Source: Cirrosporium novae-zelandiae
Taxonomy: Eukaryota
Assembly: GCA_026023565.1 (NCBI GenBank)
Contig: JAPETS010000008.1
Location: 434,001 to 498,000 of the forward strand
Direction: 5' to 3'
Length of the DNA: 64,000 bases
The notes under the pieces are model-generated. The model searched no databases and was not told the DNA's origin. It worked only from the letters and a program-made list of their open reading frames with translations. Position numbers and translations under genes: made by a program. Positions 10,007 to 23,039 of this stretch are shown piece by piece; position 1 is the stretch's first letter, and every line of letters begins with the position of its first letter.

Positions 10007-12484
10007 GAGGGGGTAGGGTGGGGGAGGTAGGACCCACCCCCCTGCTGGGATTTTTGATTTTGAGCGGGCATTTCGGGGGAAGGAAGGAATTAATGATTGT
10101 AAAATCTAAGGAGGTGTAAATTATATGTGTATATATCCAATCCAAGAGCGGTGTCCACCACATATTCTATCGAACTACAAAAATATAAAACCATTGGCAT
10201 ATACGAGTCCTACTAGTTATCATCCATCATCCATCATCATCATCACCATAATAAAATCCCGACCCATCCATAGATATCTATATTAAAAATATGTCATCGA
10301 GAATCTAGGAGGAATCCACTATTCCCGTTCTCCAATCCACCATTAGTATCGTTCGAACCCTTATTATCTCACCTCCAGTCCCACCCTCCGGCCACAATAC
10401 CCCCCTACCCATAGTAAAGAAAAAAATCCTAACCAAGATCTTACATCTTTCTCCCCCTCCTTCCCCTAGCGTCCACGGACGCCTACCACGCTTACTAACC
10501 CCCTAGGCTTATCACGAACACCAACACCCAACATCAACATCAATATTAATCCAAAATATGTATATAAATTTTTTGATTAGATGGGTATGTTTGGATTATT
10601 TGGTGTTGCGTAGAGGCTGGTATGGGTATGGGGGAGTTGGGAGTTTTGAGTGGAAGGGGTTGTTTGATGGAAGCTGGTAGGTAGCTAGGAACGTAATATG
10701 TATGTATGTGTGTGATAGGGGTTTGCAGGGGGGGGTGAAGGGAGGTATTAGAATAGTAGGCCCTAGATAATATCGGATACGATGTTGGTGTTAAGTTATA
10801 AGGAAGTAGAGTAGGACTGTTGGAGGAAGAAAAGGAGGAGGAGCAACCTTCTGATCCATAAGCTGCTCAAACCCCCTACTATACTCCTATACTCTATTTT
10901 GATTTCTAATATCCCCCCTCCCCTTTTCTTCTCTTCTCTTCCTGTCTCTTCTCTTCCATGCCATCTTTTCTTTCTTCCATTATTCATACCCCCCCACAAC
11001 CTCTTTTTCCCCACATCATTATTCTTAGCGAATCCTTCTACTGATATCACATATGACCTATCCACCAACTCCCCTTCGCCTTTCTCCCCTAGGCTCTATT
11101 TTAGGGATTCCACAAGCTTTCTGCTAGAAACTTTGCCCTCGATATAGTTCGCATTTCTAGAGTTCCTTTAGCTTGTGACTCTGTTTCTGGATAGGGGAAA
11201 TACTCACCGCGGGAAGGGGAGAAAGCTGGCGACCTGGAGTTTGCTGGACAGAGAAAATATAGGCGTGAGGGGGGTAGAGTAGGTGTAAGGAAGTTCGCTC
11301 CTGTCGTTGTTGAAACCATGGTTGAACATCCAAGGATGTCTCATGAATCATTATTGAGTCAACTGCTCTGCTCAGGTCATGGCGCAACAAGAATGCTAAA
11401 ATGCATGTTGGAGGGGGCCATGGAGATATAGTTAGTCACTGGAATTGAGCTACCTATCCAGCCGCAAAAGGCGAATGACACTATACAGATTAAAAGTAAA
11501 TTGGTAGGTAGAAAAGAGATTATTGTGTCGCCTTTAAGGGCAGGAGACAGATCATGAGAGTATTAGTCCAGCTTAGTTGTAGAAGTGACCATATCAACAT
11601 CAAAGCTCAAGGAAAGCTAAAGACCTTTTAACAAGTTTTTTTTCGATGAAACGTATATAGTTCCAATTAAAGAAATGCTTCCTAGATAACGACATAAATA
11701 GATAGGGTTCTCTCTCGGAGCTCTAAAATACCTTAGGGATTCACAGCTCTCTAAGGTGTACGTATGGACGGGCATTGGCTACCTGGGTACTCTATCGTAA
11801 AACCGAGACATATGGATGGGAAAGAGCCCAAAAGAGAAAAAAGAGACGACTGATGGAAAGGTTGGAAGAATTATCAACTACGGTTGATAATATGGCCATA
11901 TCTGGTAGCCGGTATTAGTACCTCCTTGGTATATATTATAACACCCGATAGCCTAATAACCAAATCGATGACAATAATTCAAACACCGAAGTATTAATTA
12001 TGTACCTGAGGCATATTAGTTTGGGAGAAGAGAGTAGACAAGAAGAAGGGGAGAGAAATAACTTCCAATTTCAATTCCCAACAAGTCATGAGAAGTCATG
12101 CATCAACAAAGTCACGATAATAAAACCATCTACCCATCACCATGAACGAAATAGAATATAGATATCTCCAACTAAACCCTAGATCCCCAACCCCCGCAAG
12201 ATAATATAATAAAACAGAATATAATATAACACACGAAACAAAAAATAAAACAAACCACACCTAAGCTCCAGAAACACACAAAAAAACCTGCACATACATT
12301 ACGCACGCACGCACATGTACGCAACACAACAGAATGCACCTACCCTCTTTCGATCCCCACACAATCCAATAATAACCAAATCCATTGAATCCAGTCCATA
12401 TTTATTCTGCAGATCTGCAGATGCCATTTTTGATGTCGTAACCTTGTGCTTGTGTGGGTAGTACGGTAACGGGGTCCCAGATCT

Positions 12485-12650
12485 GATGGATGGATGGATG
12501 GATGGATGGATGGATGGGACCGATCTGATCTATGCAAGATCTCGAGCTGGCTAGCAGCTCTACTCACCCACTCACTCCAGATGGATGGCTGGGCGGCGGT
12601 TTCGGGTTCGGCTTTGGGTTTTCGGGTTCGGGTTCGGGTTCGGGTTCGGG
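12485..12650 (+). repeat. Microsatellite block: (GATG)8 and (TTCGGG)5
   Basis: Read directly at 12485-12516 and 12621-12650. Confidence 0.9.
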
Positions 12651-13910
12651 TCCGATGTTCGATATCTTAACTATGGAGTAATTACCCGTTCTTTCGGAGT
12701 TGTCGTGTTTAATGTGGGAACGCGTGCTTGCTTGCTTACCTCACTTTGAGTGCCCATGTCGGGTAGAAGTTTTGGATAAATAGATGAAGTAATATTATTA
12801 CTTTGTGTATAGATAATATAATAATTCAACGTTTTTTCTTTTCCTTCTACCTGCAAATGCAGGAGAGGGGCCCTTGGGTTTGGGTTTGGGTTTTATATTG
12901 CATTTTTTAAAAAAAGAAAAGGAGAGGTAGAATGGAAAAATATAACATGTAACATGCATGCCAGTGTTGCTTTTCTTTCATATAGATATTCAATGAAATG
13001 AATGAATAAATGCAGGAGGACTCGGATGATGCGATGCGATACAATAATTCCTTCCCCACGCCCCCCCCTCATGAAAAAAGAAAAAAAGGGTTTATGCTAA
13101 TTACATGTCCTAATTAAATTATCCATCCAGTTTATCTCTAAAGTGCCATGCGAGTTGCGTTCTGCACTAATCGATAAGATGAACCACCACGCGAATTTTC
13201 AAATCCAGAGCTGGAATGAAATTTGAAGTTCTGAACTATATCTAGTATTTACTCTATTAATTGCCTTCAACCTTTTTGGATTTGAATTTTTCAACTTCGG
13301 GAGCGTATTTGAGTAGAACTTCTCGAAATACGGAATTATGGTCGGTGGTAAAGAATGCGGACTTATTGATTATTGTGTTTTGTTCTTGTCTTTTCTTTAA
13401 GCGGAGATAACATGGACAGTGCTTTTACTTACCTCTTTACTTTTTTTTCTTTGATCCTTCCAAAATGATCAAGGATCGGACCCTTTGAATTATATAAAGT
13501 TTTAGAATCTATCTCTTATCCTTGGAACAACGCTCCCTTTGTTTCAGTTGAAGAGTCCTTCTGTCGCTGATACAAATATATATAGTCAATCAATCAATGA
13601 TATCAAACCCTCTAACTATAATTGAAATCCGAGGTCGACCGAGCTGAGCGACTGGTAGGCCGATAATGTCTACCTCCTAAAAGCTAATATCCCTGACCAA
13701 ATGTGCGGAGATAGCAAAAACAATCTCCAGGTCAAAAAGTACTATCTCCAAGTAAACTCCGTAGCTTTCTGTTTGTATAATTAACCCCGCCTTCGCTGGC
13801 TAGCTATGGATAGCGAAGAGGGTATCTCTCTAAATCAATTCCATTCCCACGTCGGTATATAGACATACACATACACATACACGCATACATAGACATATAC
13901 ACAACCAAAA

Positions 13911-14735
13911 ATGAGTGCCCCACAAAAAGTCGTCTTGATAACTGGTTCGTACTTCCCAATCTAACCCTCCATTTCCCATATCTTGTCTAACACCCTCACC
14001 CACACAGGCGCCAACCAAGGCGTCGGCTACGAAACAGCCAAAGCTCTCCTCCTTTCCCCATCCCACACCTACCATGTCCTCCTATGCAGCCGCAACGCCT
14101 CCAACGGCCTCAGCGCCGCCTCAACCCTAACCGCACTTCCCAACAAAACCGGAACCGTTTCCTCGCTCCAACTGGACGTAACCTCCACCCCATCCATCGC
14201 AGCAGCAGTGTTGCTCGTAGAAAAAACCTACGGCCGTCTCGACGCCCTCGTGAACAATGCCGCCGTTATCAGCACCGCGAAATCCGCCAGTGTGGCACTG
14301 AACGAGAACCTCACTACTAATGTTGTGGGCCCCGTTGCTGTTACTGATGCCTTTATGCCCCTCCTTCGTAAATCGTCGGAGCCGCGCCTCGTATTTGTGT
14401 CTTCGTCTATGGGGTCTATAACTCATGCTTCCAATCCCGCATCCCCCTATTACAAGAGTAAAACGGGAAATAACTTTTTAGAGTACCGTATTTCAAAGGC
14501 TGCGTTGAATATGGTGATAGTGGAGTACCATAAGGCGCTAGAGGGGGAGGGGATCAAGGTGTTGGGGGCGGATCCTGGGCTGGTGGTGACGAATTTAGTG
14601 AATAAGGAGGCGGTGAGGAAATTGGGGATGCCCGAGGCGGATGTGGGAGCGGGTTTGGTGGCGAGGGTTGTGATAGGGGAGAGTGATGAAAATGTGGGAA
14701 GGGTTGTGGGGAGGTATGGGATTTCGGAGTGGTGA
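13911..14735 (+). CDS. Short-chain dehydrogenase/reductase (carbonyl-reductase/CsgA-like); intron 13945-14007
   Basis: Spliced MSAPQKVVLIT|GANQGVG, LVNNA, YRISKAALN, DPG motifs. Confidence 0.92.
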
Positions 14736-15020
14736 GAGGGGGGTGGGGTACATACGCATAAGTATACATACCTTCCTTTTTTTATCCTCCCTATTGGCTT
14801 TTTAGATCTAACTTTAGATAGTGGCATGGTATCAGAGAGGGTGCCTATCAACTAAAGACGTGTTCGCGTTTCTGAAGGAAGAGATTGTTAGGTTGAGTGT
14901 TCGTTAGTATCATTGTTGTTCAGAGGCAAATTGTCATGTTTGCTAAATATACTTCTGGCTCCCTTCCAACGCCTATTTCCCCTGCTTTTTTTTTAATAGA
15001 ATAACATATTCAGACCAAGC

Positions 15021-16951
15021 TTAGCAAACACTCTTATGAATCCCACCTGGCATCGGTCTCTCCACCAGCCCTTTCATCTGCGCTGCAAACCCCTTACTCG
15101 AATGCTGTTTTTCAATAGTATGGGAAGTCCCAGGCTGGAACGCAGAAAGGTCCTGCACATCACTTCTCATCAACGATTCTGTCACCGAAATGATATCGCT
15201 GATTAGGCGGTTCAGCAAATTCATGCTCATGCTTTCGCGGACGACAACACGGAGTATCTCGGTCTTCTGGCATGATGGTGGGAGAGGATAGTTGGGGATG
15301 ATGTATTGGCGGGCGCGGAGAAGGGTGCTGACACTTTCCTGCTTCACGTGTGGGTAATCTTTCTTAAAGGTGTCGGAGAAGTGAAACGCGACAACGGGGA
15401 GACCGGCATTGTAGTCAGCGCTAGTCTCGCTGTCCTTGCCTCCGAATACCGCTTCACTAACCCCTTGGAAAACATGCTCGCCTTTCTTGCGGTGGATTTC
15501 GCTGACGCAGAGATACCAACCTGTAGCTTCGAGAGTCTTGCTAAGCAGCCTTGCATTGCTGAGGCAGTTTTCCATGATGGCTCGGTACCCATTGAATCCT
15601 AGGTGGATGAGGTTATAGTATTGGGCGATGACTTGGGCTCCAGGACGAGAGAAGTTGAGCGTGTAGGATTGTTCGACACCTCCTAAGTATTGGAGTTCAA
15701 AGATTAGATGCTTGGGGAGGTATTTCTCGTCACGGTAGATTATCCAGCCTAAACCAGCGTAGACAAGACCAAATTTGTGGCCAGAGGTATTTATGGATTT
15801 CACGCGGGGCAGACGAAAGTCCCTAGTTTGAAAATGTCAAGGTCTTGAAGGGTTGAAGAGGGTACAAAGGGAGCATACCACTTTGGTCCTCCAGCATGAA
15901 CGTTAGTGAAAGGGGCTATGAAGCCACCTGATGCTGCATCCACATGGATTGGAATGTCAGTCCCAGTCTCCTTTTCATATGTATCAAGGATGTTGGATAT
16001 TTCCTCCACTGGCTCATAGTGACCGGTGTAGGTGCTGTAGAACGCTAAAAGTCAGTTAGGATGTAATAGTAGAGAAGGAACTGTGCACCCACCTCCCCAA
16101 TATCACAAATACGCCAATAGTATTCTCATCAATGTTCTTCTTGACCAATTCTGGATCAAGACGATACTGTGACTTCTCACTGACCTCCAAAATGCGCGGC
16201 TCAACTTCGAAGTAGCGAGCGAACTTCTCCAACGCAACCTGCGCATTAGCACCCATGATGATATTTGGCTTCAAGGTATCTTTGCCTGCGGCCTTGCGCC
16301 TCTCTTGCCAACGACGCTTCATGGCGAGACCACCCAGATGGATGGCTATTCAATCAAGGTGAGCAGCAGAAATATGGCGCAGAATCGTCAAACATACCCT
16401 CTGAGCTTCCAGTCGTGGCAGACCCAATTGGATGTTCTCCATTATTCCCACCACCCCAGAGGTGAGCTATCATCGAAACACAACGAGTATGCATAGCCTC
16501 CATTCAAATTAGCCTTGGGGACCCTCCCAAGTTTGAATAACTACCTAGGTAAGCACTAACCATCATTGCAGGGTATTCGTCAGCATCAGCAAGATTCTTG
16601 GAAATATTTTCTACCACTAGATCTGCTCCATCTCTTTCCATATACGTCCCCACAAAAGAAGCGAGATTCAAGTTGGGCTTTCCATCCAAGTCCAATTCAT
16701 CTTTTAGCAGTTCATGCACTGCATCTGCTGGAGCTCCCTCTTGCGGGATGCGGAATTTGGGTATTTCCTGCTGGCTTGCATAGCGAGTAGAATAGGGAGT
16801 GACACTGGACGTGGTGTTTTTGACATGGTGTTTATGGGGAGTGTCATGATACGTGTGGATGAGCTCATCAGGATCAATCTTTAAATGATGTTACTTAGAA
16901 ATATTGGAGGTTGAAGTTTGTTTGAATACGTACGTGACGAGCGAGCGACAT
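15021..16951 (-). CDS. gad1: Glutamate decarboxylase (PLP-dependent), multi-exon
   Basis: MSLARH|IDPDE.., [61 protein letters not shown] (PLP lysine); five GT-AG introns splice in frame. Confidence 0.95.
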
Positions 16952-18237
16952 GGTGGAAGCTAGAATGAGAAAGGTCTAGTTGTTCAATAATTAAACCGCG
17001 ATAACCTAGAAAGTATTTGGCAATTCAATATGATAATGATAGAAGAAAAGAATGCTGCCAAGGCCTGTTATATGATTTCTACAGTATGGCATAATACTTT
17101 GTAGGAGATGAAGTCAAGCAAGAAACGAAGAGGGGTCTGTCCATCTTGCGTCACTTAACCGGGGACCGGTAATATGTAAGGTTAATTATTACAAATATTA
17201 CCTAAAATTATATAATACCCAAGGTTATTACGGCACGTACGGCACCATCCTCATGATACTTGCCGCAGACTTCCCGGTTACCAAAGGCATGCTCGGTTCC
17301 ACGGTTCTTGTGCGAAAGTAATATAAAAATCAACGATGGATGCTTTAAGCTTATCGAATAGTGTATTTGTGGGGATGACATGAACTTCACACGCTTCACC
17401 CCGTCATCTTGGCATTAACTTGGCACCGGGTGGCCATCACCTAACGTCATTCCACCCGAAATTTCTAAAGCTTTAGCATCGAGCTACTAGCGGTCATTTT
17501 CTGCACGTCCCTAGTGTTTGGCCTCCTGCTTCGTAATTCCTCTACAAAATCCATCATCTACACCAACACATAACCCACCCAAGTCATCATAAGCCAACAG
17601 GAACCAAGCTACACCCCTGATCGTCCCGCTACTACCGCTAGAGTGCACATCAAATGTATCGCAGACATAACAACGTTGAAATTATTTCAAGTGGGTTGAA
17701 CCCTAAGACAAGCGTTACCGTGCGTCTTTTAGAATCGCAGCCGTCTCTAGCAAACATTCAATACATCCATATCCATGAACTCGAATCATTCAAATGCGCG
17801 TGCCGTTTAACCGCCGCCTGCAAGCGAATGCATGAGGTATCCCAAACCAGAAGCCCGAAAATAACAATAAAAAGGGGAATACAAATGCACAAGGGAAACC
17901 AGGCGCAAAAGTGGTATCTAGCCGTGCGACCCATCCGGATCATCAAAATGAGAAAATAAAGGCCAAAAATTGGAGAAAAAGGCAATCACAAAAATACCCA
18001 CATGTCCGTCATAACCTGATGAATAGGAAACCCTATTCGCTAATCACGATAAATATACAACTAACATGTTTGAAACCGCCAGTGCATGTCCACATCTCTT
18101 TTTGCTTTTGATAAAATCGATGACCCCAATAGAATGTTTCCACCGCGCCAGCGCTCCTTGGATAATGATATAATACAACCTGAGAAGGGAAAAAGCGCAC
18201 ATGTCGTGTCCCATGTGTTATTATATCAAATAAAAGC

Positions 18238-19621
18238 TTAGCTGTGGTTGGCACTAAGCGCAGATTTGGTGTCGGCGTCACTCGAGGAATCTCTTTTCGA
18301 ACCTCCAGTACCGCCGTCACCCTTATCTACTGAATTTTCATTGTTTTTCGTATCTTTACCGCATCCCTTGACAAGAACATGTCTCTATACATTTCATTAA
18401 TTTTGACCTCAATCAGTCGGTACTTCTTTGACGTACCTTGAGAGCGTCTTTTCTCGAGAAGCTTTTATCGCAATGATCGCATGGAAAGGGCTTAACAGCC
18501 AAATGTATTCGTTTATGCCTTTTCAGGTCATGATTACGGTTAAACCCCTGTGGACATTGATCGCATTTGAAAGGACGATCGTTCTGCGAAGTTTGATGAG
18601 GTGCCGGATGTCCTCCATAAATCTGTTGCATATGCGCAGCGTGTCCACTATTGAACCCAGGAACCATTCCTCCATGCATCCCACCCACCAACGACATGGG
18701 ATGCCCAGGACTAGTTACGTTCGACATTATAGGGCCAGCCATGGCAGGGAGAGGATAACCCGGATATGATCTTGCAAATTGTGCAGCAGCTTGGGTTCCC
18801 ATGGATGGCTGACCTGGATTTTGGCTGAGTGGCGACATCCTCGAGATTGGGCCACTTGAGCCCAGAGGACTTTGTTGCTGCCCCGCGTAGGCGGAGAAGC
18901 TATGTTGTTGTGGATTGGACGATGCGGGTGGACCTCCATAATAATTTGGGGTCGGTGGCGCTCTCTGAGAATAATATTCACTCATTGAGGAAGCTTGCGT
19001 TGTTTGTGGCATTTGATTAGATGTGTTCATGAAGGCTGTCGCCATAGGTTGTTGGTGGGTTGATTGCATGCTGTTTGAAGAAGCGGCCATGGTCACTGGA
19101 GCGGACCCAAAGGGTGGAAGTTGAGCTGGGTCTAATGGTGGTGGTGGTAGGTTATCCGTACTTGTGGGAGAGCCACCGTTATTTCGCAGGATCGAGAGAG
19201 AAGGTGAGAAAGAACTTTTTGGGAACATTGAATTACCTTGATTATTCCAACCCTGGGGGGTTGTCCCAGTTCCATATCCATAAGCGGTCATTCCGGTGGG
19301 CCAGTAAGTGTTTGGGGCATGCGACTGCACACTGGTGGTAGCTCCTGTGCTGCCGCTGTTGGGCCCAGAGGAAAGTGGACTTAGACTATCAGAAGGCCCA
19401 TGAGCCGGAGGGGTCAGGAGATTACCAGCACCGTTTGAAGGTGCAGGTTGCGACTGAGTCGCATGGAGTATGGGAAAGGGTGGGTATTTTTGTGCTGCGT
19501 TGGATAATTGGGAGAGCGAAGGAGGTGGAAGTGGTAACTCCATGGCGGGCATATTCAACGTTGCAGAACGGCGTGCTGACAAACTTTGGGGAGGATTAAG
19601 GGCATCAAGGGAAGATGCCAT
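18238..19621 (-). CDS. flbC: Two-finger C2H2 transcription factor, FlbC/FLE1-like developmental regulator (AUG-initiated form); intron 18385-18436
   Basis: DRPFKCDQCPQGFNRNHDLKRHKRIHLAVKPFPCDHCDKSFSRKDALK|RHVLVKGCGK after splicing. Pro/Ser/Gln-rich N-terminus. First ATG at 19621 in GCCATGG context. The FlbC assignment is from my recollection of the finger sequence. Confidence 0.8.
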
Positions 19622-21513
19622 GGCTGGCTGCTGCACCACTGCAGTCGCCACGGTGGTGGGTCTTTGGTACACCTGCCCTAAAGGCTTGAAGGCGTCTGTC
19701 GGCGCCGTTGGTGGCGTCAGCAAATTGTTCAGGGATTTTATTCGGTTTTGCTGCTGCACCGGTGTCTGGCCAGCAGGCCAAAATCGCCCAGCGTCACCCT
19801 GGGAATCCAGCAATGGTGATCGATCGTGGTCCTCAAAAGGCGGAGATGGATATTGGTGAGTGGATGTCCTTAGAGTAGAAAGGGTGGACTCGTCCGGAAA
19901 GAACCTCGGGGGAGGGGCGAGGTATGCCGTCTTGAAGGATTGGCTGGGGCGGCGGGAGAAAGGCGAAGGTTCGATCGGGAAGTATGCAGGAGGGGAGAGT
20001 GATCGTTTTTGGTTCTGGGTCAGCAGCAAGATGGTTTGATCGGTGGACGAAGCAAGTGAGACAACACGGTCGGACTTAAATATGTGGGTGGGAACAACAA
20101 AAGTAGGGTAGGCTGAATCAACCTTTTACTACTAATGTTAGAACGGACGATGATATAAGCGTCGACGAGGAAAAAGTGATGATGATATTTTTTTTTAAAA
20201 TTGTACTGATTCGAGATTCGAGTTGTTGATAATGTTCCCAGCAAAGAAAGAGAGTGCGACGATCGTTTGAAGGGTCGAGGCGTGTGGGCGTCTTTTGGGG
20301 CTCCCTTGTTGGCGGGCAGGTAATAAGCTTGACGGGGTGGGTTTCTTTAGTCCGGGTCTCACTATCTATCACTGGGTCTTGTCGATCGATCGGGCACCGA
20401 CCCAAAAGACAAGTTTAGAGCACCAGCAGCAAGTAGAAAGGAACAACCCAGTCAAAGAAAAGAAATCGGCCCAATTTTATTTCTTCTTTTAAATAATTAT
20501 TAACCTGGTTCTTAGAGTTGACGCTGCAAGATTAACAATACAGCGATATAGTCGATATCACTCTCGAGATATCTGGAGGGGTGGTGGTGGTGGTGGGGGG
20601 GGGTGTTCGACGTTGGGGCCTTGCGCACCGAGTGTCGGAATTCTAGGGAAATGGGTACTTTGAAGTTGCCAGGTTAAGTTGTTTGGTTCGTCTCCGGGAT
20701 GATGGAATTCAAAAATAAAATAAAATCAAAAATCAAAAACAAAAGAGTGAAATAAGGTCTGAATTCAGGTCAGTTGACAGGGCCGTGAGTTGAAAAGTCG
20801 AATGCGTCGATCCCTTTGTTTAAACTCGTTTAAACTCGTACCACGGGGCGCTTTCAAGGTAATTGAGGGACGGGAAGGCGGTTGAATGGATGTGAGACGG
20901 TGTTGAACGCTGGACTTGTTGGATCGCGGCCTGGTAGCCTTGTGGCAGCCCTCGTCTATTCTCACTCTCACACACTCTTTCACAACACACACACACTCCT
21001 CTCTCACTTTCTTGTTTCGTTCTTTAGGCTTTTTGTCTCTCGCTATCTTCCTTCCTTCTCTCTCCTCCGTTTCCCTTCCTAGATATAGTAGTAGAAGGGT
21101 CCGGTTCAAACGTTTCAAAAGCCGTTTTCCACCGAGAGTCAGGAAAATAAAATAAACAAAGGCTGAAGAATAACTTGATGCTTTCTCTATGCAGCCTATT
21201 TTGCAGTCTATGCACGCGGAAGCCGAGTAATTGGGTACTGGTCAGAATATCCTCGTTGGTGGGCTGCGGCAGGGGGCTTGTTGCTGGTTTGACTGTTGGA
21301 ATTCCAAGGCGTCGAGAATAAGACGATTGAATTACGGGGAGATGGTCAATGATATCTATTTCCAAAAGGCAGCCCCTTGTACGGCTGGTAGGTAGTAGTG
21401 GTAGTAGTGCCTTGCCTATTACTTTAAATTATACTCCTGCAGGAGACTTTTTCTTTTTCTTCTTATTTTCTTCCTTTATTTTTTTTTCCCTTGGATTGAT
21501 CCTATTTCAATTT
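19622..21513 (-). promoter_or_regulatory. Putative very long AUG-free 5' leader of the flbC-like gene, with an in-frame open extension (19622-~20125)
   Basis: No CAT trinucleotide on the + strand in 1892 nt (manual scan). TATA-like TATAATTTAAA on the - strand at ~21423-21433. Confidence 0.6.
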
Positions 21514-22010
21514 CATGCCGGCTGTGCTCGATTGGCAAAGACCCCGGGTGACCCCAGCTCAGGACACCAGGTAGTCTGACAGTTCAGTTTTGATGCGAGT
21601 TCACCCGCAGCCAGAATCTGGAACTTCAGAGACTTTCACAGGCCGAGGACCAAATCCAGAACCCGAGAGGCCTGTTCCAAAGCGACAACCAAGCAACCAA
21701 CAGTACCGATTAAGCAGCTTAGCAAAGTTCTACAACCCTATCCTAGACAGTCATAGTTAATTTCTAGAGACTCTTGGGGACTTTAGACAGGGTTTGGCCG
21801 GCTGGACACCAAGACATCCACCAAGACAGGGGTTAAAACTCTAACCACCAAAAGTTCGGCCAAAAAAAATAAAACTCTCCTTGGTAATTTTGGAGGTGGG
21901 AAGGGGAGGGGGTGACTTAGGGAGGTATGGGGACTTTGGGGGGACTTTAGTCAACATTGGAGGGAAGAATGGTACTAAAGCCCGAGGAAGAATGATGGGG
22001 AGGGAAGAGA

Positions 22011-22106
22011 GATTGGTCGAAGATTGGCTAAAAGATTGGCTAAACAACTTAACAAGAAGCTGGAGAAGTCGGCGTATCAAATCATCAAATGCAATCTTGA
22101 CCAATC
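22011..22106. promoter_or_regulatory. Cluster of CCAAT boxes upstream of the flbC-like gene
   Basis: GATTGG at 22011, 22022 and 22034 (about one helical turn apart) and CCAATC at 22101. Confidence 0.45.
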
Positions 22107-23001
22107 TTAGTCCATCTCTCTTTTCTCTCTTTCCCTCTCTCTAACTGTATAGCCTCTTGGTTTGTTAGTCTCTTAGTCTCTAAGTCTCTTAGTCGCTTGG
22201 TCTCTTAGTCTCTTATTCCATCTTAATACATCTTAGTCAAGTTTCCCTTGATCGCAATATCTCAGATAGGTATAGTTACGCGTTCGGAAGATGCCCCGTA
22301 CGGTTACCACTAAATCATACACCACCTCCCTTTCCTTTTCCATCTCCGAAATCACGTCACTATATCAAGATCCAAGATCCGCTCTAATACCAATACCCAA
22401 TCTGTCAACCGTCGAGGCTTAAATATCAATAATTCATTTCTTCCACGAGGCCATCCGTCCCCGGAAATCTCACTTGGATGTGAATCCAGTGATAGATAAT
22501 CCGGAATAAAAAAATATATCGAGAATCTCGTCTGTCATTCGCAAAGCGTAAGCGGCGGCCATGCTCCTGATTTAGGCCTAATCAATCTTTGGACCATGAA
22601 AACCCGCCTTCTCCGTAATGAACGGGCCACTGACAGAAACGCCCCATCCATGATCAGGGAGGAAGGTAAAGGGAAAAACGAAAGGGATGGTGACCATAAA
22701 CTCAATGGCTTTGAAGCCACTACCGTCAGGAGCCTCGACCGGCTTTGGTGGCAGCTGGGGAACCTGCCATGGGCTGATCGAAAAATTGTCTGTTTGGGAT
22801 TGTGGTCATTCTAACTTCCGTCATCTAAGAACTTACCTAACCAATCTTTGTCTCGTGCAACTTTGACTCTAAGGATAGAATACATAGACGGTGAGATGGT
22901 GAGATGAAGATTGAAGAGAGATGCCCAGTAATTGCCCATTGCTTTGGAGCTAAATAGCCTACCCTGACAAAGATGGTGTCGAAACCTGCGCATAACACAT
23001 A

Positions 23002-23039
23002 GACACACACACACACACGCACACACGCACGCACACACA
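23002..23039 (+). repeat. (CA)n/(CGCA)n microsatellite
   Basis: Read directly. Confidence 0.85.

Noticed and set aside
10796..11390. Short minus-strand ORFs (72-90 aa) that could be a decayed gene
   Set aside because: No recognisable motif and frames broken by stops; cannot be supported without a BLASTx search.
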